From a virus (taxonomy: Duplodnaviria; Caudoviricetes), in IMG/VR virus record IMGVR_UViG_3300028603_000022, positions 109,849 through 173,848 of that record: a DNA stretch of 64,000 nt; one strand, written 5' to 3'. This document shows positions 46,528 through 56,172 of this stretch, piece by piece (the first letter of the stretch is position 1; every line of letters starts with the position of its first letter). The notes below the pieces were generated by a model that was given only the letters and a program-made list of their open reading frames with translations, made no database searches and had not been told where the DNA came from. Made by a program: the position numbers and the translations under genes.

Positions 46528-46871
46528 TATTCGTACCTAACAAATTTTATGTCTTTTGGTGGTATAGGTTGAGTAGAAATAGCTTCATATCTAACAGAAG
46601 GATCAATAATAAGTTTATTTATATCGACAGTAACTTTTAGTATAGCTAAAGTTTCGTCATCTTCAAATTCTTCACCTAACCAATTCATTAAAGCGTCTTC
46701 TAAACTATCCATCGATGTAAACAAAAATATACCAGGCTTTTCTTTTAGCTTTGAAGAGCGAGGTCCAATTTTAGGTTGTAGACCTTCTCTTTTTATTTTT
46801 TGCCAATTTCTTTTAGAAGTTACATGATACATAGTTGTGGAAGCTAATTCTAAGTATTTAAGATAACGCAT
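46527..46871 (-). CDS. small ADP-ribosyltransferase-fold-like protein
   Basis: YHVTS..NWQKIKREGLQP...GIFLF...IPPKDI; N-terminus MRYLKYLELA. Confidence 0.65.
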   Translation of the reverse strand: MRYLKYLELASTTMYHVTSKRNWQKIKREGLQPKIGPRSSKLKEKPGIFLFTSMDSLEDALMNWLGEEFEDDETLAILKVTVDINKLIIDPSVRYEAISTQPIPPKDIKFVRYE

Positions 46872-46915
46872 GTTTAACCCTCGTAAAACATAGAATTAGG
46901 GTTGTAAAAAGCAAC

Positions 46916-46943
46916 AAAAAGGGCGGTATTTTACCGCCCTTTT
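46916..46943 (-). terminator. intrinsic terminator (bidirectional form)
   Basis: AAAAGGGCGGTA/TACCGCCCTTTT. Confidence 0.75.
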
Positions 46944-46946
46944 AAC

Positions 46947-47363
46947 TCAAACCGCGTTTTTAACTCGAACAGACGTAAATTGTGATTGAAATTGTTTAAG
47001 GAATTTCAAACCTTGTTGATCTATTTGGTATCCTACGCCCCAAATAGTAGTTATTATAATTGGTAAAGAATGGTCCTTGATCTTTTTACGTATCTTACAC
47101 GCCATCGTATCCATGCTTTTCTTCGCCGGAACCTCACGTTCATCAAGATACATTCTATCGTATATGTCTTTTCTGAATATACCTTTATTGGCTATACAAA
47201 AACTAAATATTTTTGTTTCCAGATCGGTAAATCCATATTCAGCTGGAAGAATAAGTCTTGGAAACATAGCTGTTTTAAGCTGTTCATATTTTTCTTTGTA
47301 AAGGTCTCGTTCGTCTGTTAGTTTTTCTATCCTTTTTCTAAGGAGCTTCAGTTCTACGTCCAT
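46947..47363 (-). CDS. OmpR/CtrA-like winged-helix DNA-binding protein without receiver domain
   Basis: KSMDTMACKIRKK...TIWGVGY; N-terminal coiled coil. Confidence 0.8.
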   Translation of the reverse strand: MDVELKLLRKRIEKLTDERDLYKEKYEQLKTAMFPRLILPAEYGFTDLETKIFSFCIANKGIFRKDIYDRMYLDEREVPAKKSMDTMACKIRKKIKDHSLPIIITTIWGVGYQIDQQGLKFLKQFQSQFTSVRVKNAV

Positions 47364-47381
47364 ATGAAAATTACCTCATGT

Positions 47382-48881
47382 TTAGTTCCACGGTTTGTCT
47401 AATAGACGTTTTACCGCGTAAACAGTTTCCATGAATTTTGGGTGGCCTTCCATACCGGAATCTTCAAACTCAGCCAATTCCATTAAATCTTCGTCATCCA
47501 ACTCATTACAAATACTCAACACATAAGGAATAGCTACTAGATAAACCCATACAGGAATATCAGTAATATCTCTGACTATTAGATGTGGAGATTCAACAAG
47601 CGGGGTGTCTTCAAGCTCTAGAAAAGACCTATCTTTCAAATTTTTAGGATTACCTATCAACTTAGACAAGCCTGAATAATGTTCTTCGACATAGGTATCA
47701 AGTGATTGTGGGGCGGAATCTGTAAACGTAAGACCCATGTATTTATCTAGAATCTTGTTAGAGTATTCCCCTAAATCTTGTTCTAGAAAATCAGCTTCTT
47801 CGTTTTCACCTTCTTCCACTTCATAGAAATCACATTTATCAAATGTAACTAACACCCTAAGCAACCCATCCCCAAATTCTGATAAGTGCTCTACTAAACC
47901 TTCCGCGTTATCGAAATTGTTATCTTCCAGAAATTCCACTAGACAATGATTGTCGGTAGTTAGAACATCGCCTGTTATGCTTACACCGATATCCGTAATT
48001 ACAAAATAATCCATAGGCTTTAAAGCTCTATAGATAGATGGAGTATCTACAATGGTAGATACAAACAGGTTATTCATAGCGTATATGAAATTGTAATGCT
48101 TGTAATCGTTTTTATTGAACACAGATACATAAGATGTAGACAAATTATGTATGTAAATAGAATCATCAGAAGCTACCTTCCTTACTATGGAAGACAAATA
48201 TTCTGCTCCAAGGCGCTTAGCTTTGGTAGTTGAGGCAGCTTCAACAATTTCTATTTGAGATAAGCCACCCTCTACAGAGTAGATATTCAGCCCTCGGTTA
48301 AAATCGAAGTTAATAGCGTAAAGAAATCCTTCATATTCTACCACAACCGTCAAAGTTATAGCCAATACATCATCGGTATCAGCGTCTATATGCGAGTATG
48401 TGGTGAAAATAGTACCTTGAATATCGTATAGCTCATCAGAATCAGTGGTTTCACCTGTTTCTTCAGCTTGTTGCTCTATTAAGGCATCAAATTCTTCTAT
48501 AAAATAATCAGGAAAATAAAGTGATAGGCTTCTGGTTAAAGAAACAAAATTACCTATCATCATTTCCTGATTACGAATATTGCCTATATAGGCATCAGGA
48601 TACAAGTCACATAAAGCAGTGAATACCTCTTTAGATTTGTAAATGTCAGATAAGTCCCACTCAACTTTATTGTATTTAGCAAAAGTAGACCTTATCTGAA
48701 TAATTTCTCCAGCCGAAGTCTTCGTTCTAGAAGGCAAGAAAAAAGGTTCTTCTTCAAAGAGATTAATTTCTTCATCGTCGTCATTACTGACACTGTAAAA
48801 AGATATAGCGGCCGAAGCAAAGTTCTTCATTTTCAATTTAAATATTCCTTCTGCTTCGATATATGTAAGTTTTGTTTTCAT
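47382..48881 (-). CDS. acidic hypothetical protein
   Basis: 499-aa ORF. Confidence 0.75.
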   Translation of the reverse strand: MKTKLTYIEAEGIFKLKMKNFASAAISFYSVSNDDDEEINLFEEEPFFLPSRTKTSAGEIIQIRSTFAKYNKVEWDLSDIYKSKEVFTALCDLYPDAYIGNIRNQEMMIGNFVSLTRSLSLYFPDYFIEEFDALIEQQAEETGETTDSDELYDIQGTIFTTYSHIDADTDDVLAITLTVVVEYEGFLYAINFDFNRGLNIYSVEGGLSQIEIVEAASTTKAKRLGAEYLSSIVRKVASDDSIYIHNLSTSYVSVFNKNDYKHYNFIYAMNNLFVSTIVDTPSIYRALKPMDYFVITDIGVSITGDVLTTDNHCLVEFLEDNNFDNAEGLVEHLSEFGDGLLRVLVTFDKCDFYEVEEGENEEADFLEQDLGEYSNKILDKYMGLTFTDSAPQSLDTYVEEHYSGLSKLIGNPKNLKDRSFLELEDTPLVESPHLIVRDITDIPVWVYLVAIPYVLSICNELDDEDLMELAEFEDSGMEGHPKFMETVYAVKRLLDKPWN

Positions 48882-48897
48882 AAAAGGAAATAACCTC

Positions 48898-49317
48898 TTA
48901 CGAGGCTACCTCCATTAATTTGGTTTCTATTTCATTCAATGAAATAGGATTGTGGTCCAACCAACGTTTTGATTGCATCAAGTAGTTAAGGAACAACGTT
49001 TCGTTCTCCAAACCACCTAGTACGTAGGCTATTCCCGGTTGTTCCCATACACGTTTGAATGGTAAAATAGGTATTACTGCTTCTATTTCAGGATCACTTG
49101 TATTCAATCCGGGTAAAGCCAACGATTTAACCGCTGTTTTATTACTAGGAGTATAAAAAACAATGTTACCGACTACTTCTTTGTCTAATAATCTCTTTTC
49201 CGCGAGAATATAAAGCAGTGTTCTGGCTTTCAAGAGTGCGATTTCATCATTATCGCCTTTAGGGAGAAACCGAACTCCATGTTCGGTTTTTGTTTTCTTT
49301 AGATACACAAATTCCAT
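48898..49317 (-). CDS. hypothetical protein
   Basis: GGAG RBS. Confidence 0.7.
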   Translation of the reverse strand: MEFVYLKKTKTEHGVRFLPKGDNDEIALLKARTLLYILAEKRLLDKEVVGNIVFYTPSNKTAVKSLALPGLNTSDPEIEAVIPILPFKRVWEQPGIAYVLGGLENETLFLNYLMQSKRWLDHNPISLNEIETKLMEVAS

Positions 49318-49337
49318 TTACTTACTCCCTTCTACGA

Positions 49338-50612
49338 TTAATCGAAGTCTTCTTCGACTTCAACCCGCTTTTCGTTGAAGGTTTGCTGCACGATGGATAC
49401 TCGATACGAATTGAGAGTATGCTTTTTGAATCTACGTGAACGACTCAAACGTTCTACCAAGATTTCCGCTGACCTGGCAGTGGTAAAGAACAGTGCTGTA
49501 TCAATCGTACCATGTAGATTAAGATCTGCCGGTGTTTCCAGAGGCTTATCAGGATCGTTCTTTTGTAGAATACGCCCATGTTCGTCTTTAACGATCCAGT
49601 AAGATGAATTACCGATCAGACGTTTGGTTTCTTCAAGCTGCTTTTGAATAGACTTTTGAAGGTCATCGTTTCTTTCTTTTGCCGCCTTCAATTGGTTAGT
49701 TAGGTACTCAATCGTGTTATTTGATCTTTCCAGAGCTTCGGATGAATATTTCGACGCCGTGACGGTACGATCCATTGTTGCCATCAACACGTTTAGAATG
49801 TAGAGGGCATTGACAGGTGTACATGGCATTTCATCCAGAACAGGAATATGAGGCCCGTTTGGAAATTCGTTTTCAAGAGGAAGGGTTATGTTGAAAAATT
49901 GGGCAAGGGAATTTACCTTTTGTGTAAAGGTAACTATATACTTCACATACTCCCGGACCATATCGTGATATTCACGAGTTCTGGCTCCATTGATTACTAC
50001 ATCGGAACCCAGCATCGCCGTCAAACGTTGATTGATCTTTGTTTGATCCGCCGATTTCTGGTCTACTATGCGTAGTCGCGACTTCATCATTTCAGACGAT
50101 ATCGCGACTTCAAAATCTTCTTTGGTTTGTTGGATAAGAGAGGCGACTTCTATAGAACCACCAGCGTCCTTACGAACGATGGAAAGAAGGTCATAGAGTC
50201 GAATTGTTTCCATGTTTTCCCACGTTTTTGAAACATATGGGAGTTTAAGCATGGAATATAGTTCTGTAAGTTCCGCCAGGATGGCTTCACGATCCATAGG
50301 ATCTGAACCTTCAATTTCAGCAACGTATGTAATTTCTTCTACCAGATCAGAGTCTATACCTTCTGGTATAATATCAATTACTAATGGCTCATTGACGATG
50401 GGGTCTTCTGCCTCCACAGCGTTCATCGAAAGCGCGATCGACTCAACCGTTTCAGGTATTTCAATCTCTACGTCACCGATTTCTACAGAAAGTTCTTCCA
50501 AATCGTTCAAAAGTTCGCCGACGACAGTTTCCGTCCCTTCCTGTTCGGCGAGTTCAATTTCCCCGCTAATAAGCTCCAAATCTTGTAGAGACTTGATAAC
50601 CTTCTTTCCCAT
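49338..50612 (-). CDS. acidic coiled-coil hypothetical protein
   Basis: start trimmed to MGKKVIK (AAGGA RBS). Confidence 0.75.
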   Translation of the reverse strand: MGKKVIKSLQDLELISGEIELAEQEGTETVVGELLNDLEELSVEIGDVEIEIPETVESIALSMNAVEAEDPIVNEPLVIDIIPEGIDSDLVEEITYVAEIEGSDPMDREAILAELTELYSMLKLPYVSKTWENMETIRLYDLLSIVRKDAGGSIEVASLIQQTKEDFEVAISSEMMKSRLRIVDQKSADQTKINQRLTAMLGSDVVINGARTREYHDMVREYVKYIVTFTQKVNSLAQFFNITLPLENEFPNGPHIPVLDEMPCTPVNALYILNVLMATMDRTVTASKYSSEALERSNNTIEYLTNQLKAAKERNDDLQKSIQKQLEETKRLIGNSSYWIVKDEHGRILQKNDPDKPLETPADLNLHGTIDTALFFTTARSAEILVERLSRSRRFKKHTLNSYRVSIVQQTFNEKRVEVEEDFD

Positions 50613-50678
50613 TGGTTTCCATCCTTTCGCAATTGTCCACAAAACGTTGGGAATATACCTACTATTCCTCACACCCTC

Positions 50679-50707
50679 ATTCTACCATATTTCGTCAGGG
50701 TTGTCAA
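50679..50707 (-). promoter_or_regulatory. sigma70-like promoter
   Basis: TTGACA-N17-TAGAAT with extended TG. Confidence 0.7.
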
Positions 50708-50740
50708 ATAGTAGGGGATTTTAGTATACTTCAAACGTTT

Positions 50741-52108
50741 CTATATGTCTACGATCTTGGTCATAGACACCAGCCCAAGTTCTAGGGCGTAGTTAGTTCT
50801 TCGTTTTGCTTTATCGGCCTCCAGAAACTTTATCTTTGACCGGATTACGCTTATTTCATTGTTCAAGTCTTTGATATCGTAGAACAGAGTTTTAGCTGCT
50901 ATTTTCTGTTTGATGGACATTTTCACAGCTTGAGTGTAATCAATCCTCTCCATATAGTGTTTACGGTCTCTAAATTCTTTGTAGAAGGAATCTAGCTTGG
51001 AAATTGTTTTTACAGATAAACCTTTTCCTTCTTCCTCGAAAGATGTTAGTCCTTCCAACTCCTCAATTAGCTTGGACCTTTGATCTATCTTGTTAGATAG
51101 ATTAATTTGTAACTGCTTAATATCCTCATAAAGAGGTTTGTTTTCTTCTTCAAACTTGGTTCTGTATTCAGATAACCGTCTAGTTTTAAGCTGCTCTTTT
51201 AGTTTTTCTTTTGCTTCCTTGATTTTTACGTATTCATCGTAAGAGTTAAATTCTCCATCTACAGCGTCAGATACCTTTAAGGAATCTGCAAATGTAGCGT
51301 AACCTATACTGGTTCCGAAATCCAGCATAAGATACCAATGAATGTTTTTGGAAGGTCTAGAAAGAATTTTATCATAGACGGTACAACCTTTCTTTTCAGA
51401 AACTGTTTCCGCCTTTATATAGGAAGAATTTACTTTACGAATGTTTACGCCTATTACAGATACGTTCTCCAAAAGGAAAAGATTAGATTCAAGACGAATG
51501 TGCTTACAAGTTGGTTTTGAATTACACTGCGCAACAATGTTTGCTTTTGTAACGATATACGATTTTGATTCAGGTAGCTCAATTGGCAAATCAACAGAGT
51601 ATTCTTCTTTAACTCTGTTAAACAGTTTATTTGTACGCTTCTCTATTTCGATCTTGATTGATACTACCGCATCATTAAGTTTCTCGAAGAAAGTTGTTAC
51701 ATTCTTTTCAATCGTTAATTTGTCTACGTGTTTTCTTTTCTTTTTTGATTTCATCCACTTCTCTGCCTTAATAGCCTCTTTAAGAGACCTTGTAGAAGTA
51801 GATATAAGTCTTCTATTGTAGATAGAAGTACAAGCCTTATAGGCCCTGTTCATCAATTCAACTGCTGTTTCTTTTGAATCATAAACACGAACGTGCTTAA
51901 CAGCCATATCCATAAGTTTGATGGCTTTTTCGTCTCTAGCCACATTCTGTTTTATTTCTTCTTTGAATGAAGAAGGTTCAAATTTAGGTTCTGATTCTTT
52001 TTCTTCGGGTATAATAAAACGGTCTTTTACCTTACCTAAATCTTGTAGTTTCTTGAAAACTTTTTTATCGTACTTAGAAAGCTTACGTGATATTATCAAA
52101 TCTGACAT
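50741..52108 (-). CDS. Lys-rich coiled-coil hypothetical protein
   Basis: long ORF; start trimmed to MSDLIIS. Confidence 0.7.
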   Translation of the reverse strand: MSDLIISRKLSKYDKKVFKKLQDLGKVKDRFIIPEEKESEPKFEPSSFKEEIKQNVARDEKAIKLMDMAVKHVRVYDSKETAVELMNRAYKACTSIYNRRLISTSTRSLKEAIKAEKWMKSKKKRKHVDKLTIEKNVTTFFEKLNDAVVSIKIEIEKRTNKLFNRVKEEYSVDLPIELPESKSYIVTKANIVAQCNSKPTCKHIRLESNLFLLENVSVIGVNIRKVNSSYIKAETVSEKKGCTVYDKILSRPSKNIHWYLMLDFGTSIGYATFADSLKVSDAVDGEFNSYDEYVKIKEAKEKLKEQLKTRRLSEYRTKFEEENKPLYEDIKQLQINLSNKIDQRSKLIEELEGLTSFEEEGKGLSVKTISKLDSFYKEFRDRKHYMERIDYTQAVKMSIKQKIAAKTLFYDIKDLNNEISVIRSKIKFLEADKAKRRTNYALELGLVSMTKIVDI

Positions 52109-52228
52109 GCTCTTCCACCCTTTCACAGATTTACAGCTTAGGCTCAAATACAAAAAGAAGGAAAAGACTAAAAATTGTTAGTCTAATCCTTCTAATGTAC
52201 GCCTCCCCTGATGATTGCCTCTACTTAC

Positions 52229-52257
52229 AGTATATCACAGTAGATATACTAGGTCAA
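52229..52257 (-). promoter_or_regulatory. sigma70-like promoter
   Basis: TTGACC-N17-TATACT with extended TG. Confidence 0.65.
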
Positions 52258-52297
52258 TACGTATTATGTCAGGTAATTTCACGTATAAATCAAGTAT

Positions 52298-52984
52298 TTA
52301 GATAGGTGCCCCATTAATACCATCATTTTCATTGAGCAATGCTAACAATGCTTTATAGGTTTCCGAAGAAGTAACACCCACATTGTTCATAGCCTTAATT
52401 ATAGCGTCTTCTGACGGTCTTGGAAGTAGACTATTAATTCTTGAAGCGGAATCTACATCTGATAGAGCGTTGCTATTAAACCCGTCGATAAGTCTATGAA
52501 GATCAGTATCTGATAGTGAAGCTTCCGAAGCATTATCCAGTTGATCCAAATTAGCCGCCGGAGCGGCTCCACTATCCCCACTAAAGATATTAACTGTTTC
52601 CGACGTATTAGAAACAATACCGGAAACATTGGCGTATTTTGTAGCTACTTTCTTAGCTTCTTCCTTAGCATTAGCACTATCTAGGATCTTCAAAGCTTCT
52701 GATCTATTGATCGCGATTAAATCGCCATTACGAATAGAAGAAATAAAAGTTTGTGATCTAACTAATTGTTTTGTACTAGCATATGTTGAGGCATCAATAG
52801 GAATCCACGTATTAGGAAATACGATTCCATGCGACGATCCTGTTTCATCTACAAAAGAGATATGTAGATTACCTCTATTACGCTTCTGCCCTCTATCTGT
52901 GTAATTAATTACATAGAGAGAACCATCTTTTTCACAAAGTTCGCGAATCTGTTCCATATTTAATGGTGTAACCGAAACTGACAT
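52298..52984 (-). CDS. hypothetical protein
   Basis: AAGGA RBS. Confidence 0.75.
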   Translation of the reverse strand: MSVSVTPLNMEQIRELCEKDGSLYVINYTDRGQKRNRGNLHISFVDETGSSHGIVFPNTWIPIDASTYASTKQLVRSQTFISSIRNGDLIAINRSEALKILDSANAKEEAKKVATKYANVSGIVSNTSETVNIFSGDSGAAPAANLDQLDNASEASLSDTDLHRLIDGFNSNALSDVDSASRINSLLPRPSEDAIIKAMNNVGVTSSETYKALLALLNENDGINGAPI

Positions 52985-53046
52985 TATTCTGTATCCTTAA
53001 AATAGTTGAAATTATACCCAACCGGGTTATTACCGGGGAGATTACA

Positions 53047-53649
53047 CTATTTATTTACCGTGGATACTTTTTCAGTTTCAAGTTTCTCCAGCTTTTCACG
53101 AATACTTTCTGGAAGCAATTTAGAAGGACATAGAGAATACCCTAAGTATTTAGCTTTTTCTTCTAAATGGATTTTATCTTTGAAAAGTAATTCCCAAATT
53201 AATTGATAGGCAGATAAATTACTTTCTATACCGTATAAAGAAACGACGTATTTCAACCATTCTTTCCTAGAAGAACACGCAGAGACACTTACACACTGTA
53301 TTTGTTTAGGGGACGTAGGTATGCCGCAAAATCTACAACTATGCTTATTAGATGATATGTCATGGGCTAGATGTATCTTAGTTTTTATGTAAGATAAGGC
53401 GTCGTCATAAGATTCTTTAATAGCTTTGGGGGATACAGTCCGTCTTGTATCTCTAGATAAGGCCGATATCTGTGTTCTATTGTCCGACACATTTGTCATT
53501 ATATCGGAATCATAATAAACACAATACGTATCTTTTTTGTCTATGTTAAAAAATAGAGATACATTATTATAGTGGAAAGGGCATTCCACTATTGGACATT
53601 CTTTTAGAATATGAACTTGTTCATTATGCGGACAGCGAAAACTTGTCAT
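53047..53649 (-). CDS. Cys-rich hypothetical protein
   Basis: CPH, CPIVECPFH, CRFC motifs. Confidence 0.65.
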   Translation of the reverse strand: MTSFRCPHNEQVHILKECPIVECPFHYNNVSLFFNIDKKDTYCVYYDSDIMTNVSDNRTQISALSRDTRRTVSPKAIKESYDDALSYIKTKIHLAHDISSNKHSCRFCGIPTSPKQIQCVSVSACSSRKEWLKYVVSLYGIESNLSAYQLIWELLFKDKIHLEEKAKYLGYSLCPSKLLPESIREKLEKLETEKVSTVNK

Positions 53650-53660
53650 GATGTTGCCTA

Positions 53661-54275
53661 TTAGTTTGTATATTCATATTTTTGTAGTTCTTTAATAAGC
53701 TTGACAAGATTCAGATCGGCCCATTTTCTGTCTTTATGATTAAGCATACCATAAAGATTAATGAACAAACTATCTATGATATGATTAGGAAAAGGTTTAC
53801 ATAAAGCGTATATTTCATCTAACGATTCTAAATTTAATGGTTTAGTTTCTTTAAGGAATCTATTTAAACTGTTTTTCCAAGTAGAAGCTATGTGCATTTC
53901 AAATTCTATTTTTCGATCATCACATAGGTCTAATAGTATTCCGTTCATCAAAGAGACAGATTCAATTACAGAACTGCCTTGATAACCGCGAGATTGGAAC
54001 CGCTCGGCGGTAATCTTTATAGGGTTATATTCAGTTAGAAGACTTTTCCACGCTACTTTGTATTCAGGGTATTGAATTGTTAGTGGAGGGATTAACTCTA
54101 TAGGTTTAGTCTTTTTTCTTTTAGACTTAGGAGGTTTAGCTGCTTTTTTAGTTAGATTTGTAATCGTAGACTGAAACATTCCTAGTTCGAGTATACTTAT
54201 AGAAATATTTTTACATTCTATAATAGCGTAGCCATAATTGGTGGTGCCAGGATCGGCGCCTATATAGACACTCAT
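53661..54275 (-). CDS. RuvC-like Holliday junction resolvase
   Basis: IGADPGTTNYGYA, TAERFQ, TWK, HIIDS. Confidence 0.8.
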   Translation of the reverse strand: MSVYIGADPGTTNYGYAIIECKNISISILELGMFQSTITNLTKKAAKPPKSKRKKTKPIELIPPLTIQYPEYKVAWKSLLTEYNPIKITAERFQSRGYQGSSVIESVSLMNGILLDLCDDRKIEFEMHIASTWKNSLNRFLKETKPLNLESLDEIYALCKPFPNHIIDSLFINLYGMLNHKDRKWADLNLVKLIKELQKYEYTN

Positions 54276-54826
54276 CGTCTGGACCTACGCTTATTAGCCT
54301 CACGATATAGGTCTTCTCGCTCTGTTTCAGAACGCTTCCTTGTAAGCGTTAATCCATCATTGTTTGTATACTTAATAAGATATTGTAAGCAACGATAAAC
54401 ATGATGGTCTATACCGGGACGTAGACCGGGATTAGTTTGAACAGGAGCGTCACCGTTAGAACGAAATATATAGGCGTTCCCACGGCGAGCCATAGCATAT
54501 TCATATCGGAATACCCAAAGCGGATTTGGAGAATCTATAACTACTTTACTATTTAGAGTAACTTTAGGAGTAGGTGAAAAGATTGCTATCTTGTATTGAT
54601 TGCCATTTTCAGAATTTTTAGTCTGAAATCTATAAGTTACCCAATCTTCAAGGAATCTAGGGGTGTTGCCTTCATACGCCTGCTCAATACCTACTACGCG
54701 TGATTTTAGTTTAGTCTCATTAGAGACATACTTGTTTATATCGCGAATAGATAGCGTAGGAGTTTTCCTCATACGCTTTGGTACTTTAAAAAATGGTCGT
54801 ATTGAGCGTTTGAAAGACATTTCCAA
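54272..54826 (-). CDS. basic hypothetical protein
   Basis: follows a TTAATTCTAT motif; ATGA overlap. Confidence 0.7.
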   Translation of the reverse strand: MEMSFKRSIRPFFKVPKRMRKTPTLSIRDINKYVSNETKLKSRVVGIEQAYEGNTPRFLEDWVTYRFQTKNSENGNQYKIAIFSPTPKVTLNSKVVIDSPNPLWVFRYEYAMARRGNAYIFRSNGDAPVQTNPGLRPGIDHHVYRCLQYLIKYTNNDGLTLTRKRSETEREDLYREANKRRSRR

Positions 54827-54870
54827 ATTCCTATTTTAGAGTCTACATAGAATTAACCTCTGTAGATAGT

Positions 54871-55098
54871 TTAGAATTTCCAATTATTCATGAATTTATA
54901 AGACTTGTAAGCTTTCCATCTATCATATAACTCTTTTAAGCCTACTACCTTTCTAGGCAAGCTAGGATAAGATGGTTTGTTTAGAATTTCCACTACTGGT
55001 CTTTTATCAGTACCTCTAACGTGAATAGTTACGCTACAAGCTCTAGCCATCGCTAGTATTTCAGCTAACTCTTTATCAGATTCCAGTTTATCTGACAA
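54871..55098 (-). CDS. hypothetical protein
   Basis: AAGGA RBS, TTG start. Confidence 0.6.
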   Translation of the reverse strand: MSDKLESDKELAEILAMARACSVTIHVRGTDKRPVVEILNKPSYPSLPRKVVGLKELYDRWKAYKSYKFMNNWKF

Positions 55099-55114
55099 TT
55101 CTGAATCCTTCTAT

Positions 55115-55645
55115 TTAATTTTTAGAGTTATAGAATATCTCTACACCAGCTACTTCTGCATATGCCTTTTCAAATTCACCTTCGGGGTCTACATCTTTTG
55201 ATTTAGCTGTAGGGTAATTTTGTAGTTCTTTATCTACGGCTTCATTCAATCTAGCTTTTAATGATACAGCCCATGCACGAGAAGGTCTGTTATCTCCAGC
55301 AACTGTAGATATAAACTCTTTGATTTCCCCCAATAAGCTAGAAAAGGGATCGGGGTAGCTTTCAAAGTCTTCAGGGTTACAGTCAACTATTTCAGCTTGC
55401 TTCAAGCGTGCTAGCTCAGCTTCCACATTGCCAAGCATTCTGATACGATCATCATGTAATTTCTGCCAGTAATCTCTCTGTTGTCTTGCTTCTACCAAAA
55501 GTGATGATTCTGGTATGCTATTCAAATTTTGTATGGCAGTTCTCAAAGAATATCTATTTTCGTCGTCGGTTACGTAGTAATCGATTAACCTAAAAATATT
55601 TTCCTTAGTCAACGCTTTCTTATAGTCTATCATAGTTACCTCCAT
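55115..55645 (-). CDS. hypothetical protein
   Basis: GGAGG RBS suggests a start at MIDYKK (55633). Confidence 0.65.
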   Translation of the reverse strand: MEVTMIDYKKALTKENIFRLIDYYVTDDENRYSLRTAIQNLNSIPESSLLVEARQQRDYWQKLHDDRIRMLGNVEAELARLKQAEIVDCNPEDFESYPDPFSSLLGEIKEFISTVAGDNRPSRAWAVSLKARLNEAVDKELQNYPTAKSKDVDPEGEFEKAYAEVAGVEIFYNSKN

Positions 55646-55867
55646 CTAAATATCTCTATGACCCAAATGTCCATCCGCCCATAGTTCCATCACGTCTGCA
55701 ATTCTTTGTAAGGAAGACCCTATAGACATAATCAGTTTTTCCATTTCTTCGTCTTTATTCATTTTATCTTTACGTAGTTGTTCTCTACGTAGATCATTTT
55801 CTATTCGCATACGTTTCTTCAAATCGTACTTTTGTTTAGGTGTAAGATTCTCCGTATCAGTAGGCAT
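55646..55867 (-). CDS. hypothetical protein
   Basis: GGAG RBS. Confidence 0.6.
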   Translation of the reverse strand: MPTDTENLTPKQKYDLKKRMRIENDLRREQLRKDKMNKDEEMEKLIMSIGSSLQRIADVMELWADGHLGHRDI

Positions 55868-55869
55868 GG

Positions 55870-56172
55870 TTAGAACTCCATTGAATCCGTATCAGGGTCT
55901 ACATCATCGAAGGTATCTTTGAACACATGTAAAGCTCGTTCTTTAGGTAAGTCAGTGTGATATTCTAACGCGCCTTCTAATAATGTTACGTATTCTTTAA
56001 GCCTTAATAATTCATCTGTTAATGCTTCTACAGCTACTACACCCTTTTTAACTAAGAGTTTTTCGTCCCTGTAAGCTTGTTGATACCTATTATTGGCTTC
56101 CCATAAATTATCTCTAATTTTACGAAGTTTTGTATTTTCATTATAAAGGTCTTCTAAGGTGGTCATCGTCAT
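55870..56172 (-). CDS. hypothetical protein
   Basis: GAGGA RBS, ATGA overlap. Confidence 0.6.
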   Translation of the reverse strand: MTMTTLEDLYNENTKLRKIRDNLWEANNRYQQAYRDEKLLVKKGVVAVEALTDELLRLKEYVTLLEGALEYHTDLPKERALHVFKDTFDDVDPDTDSMEF

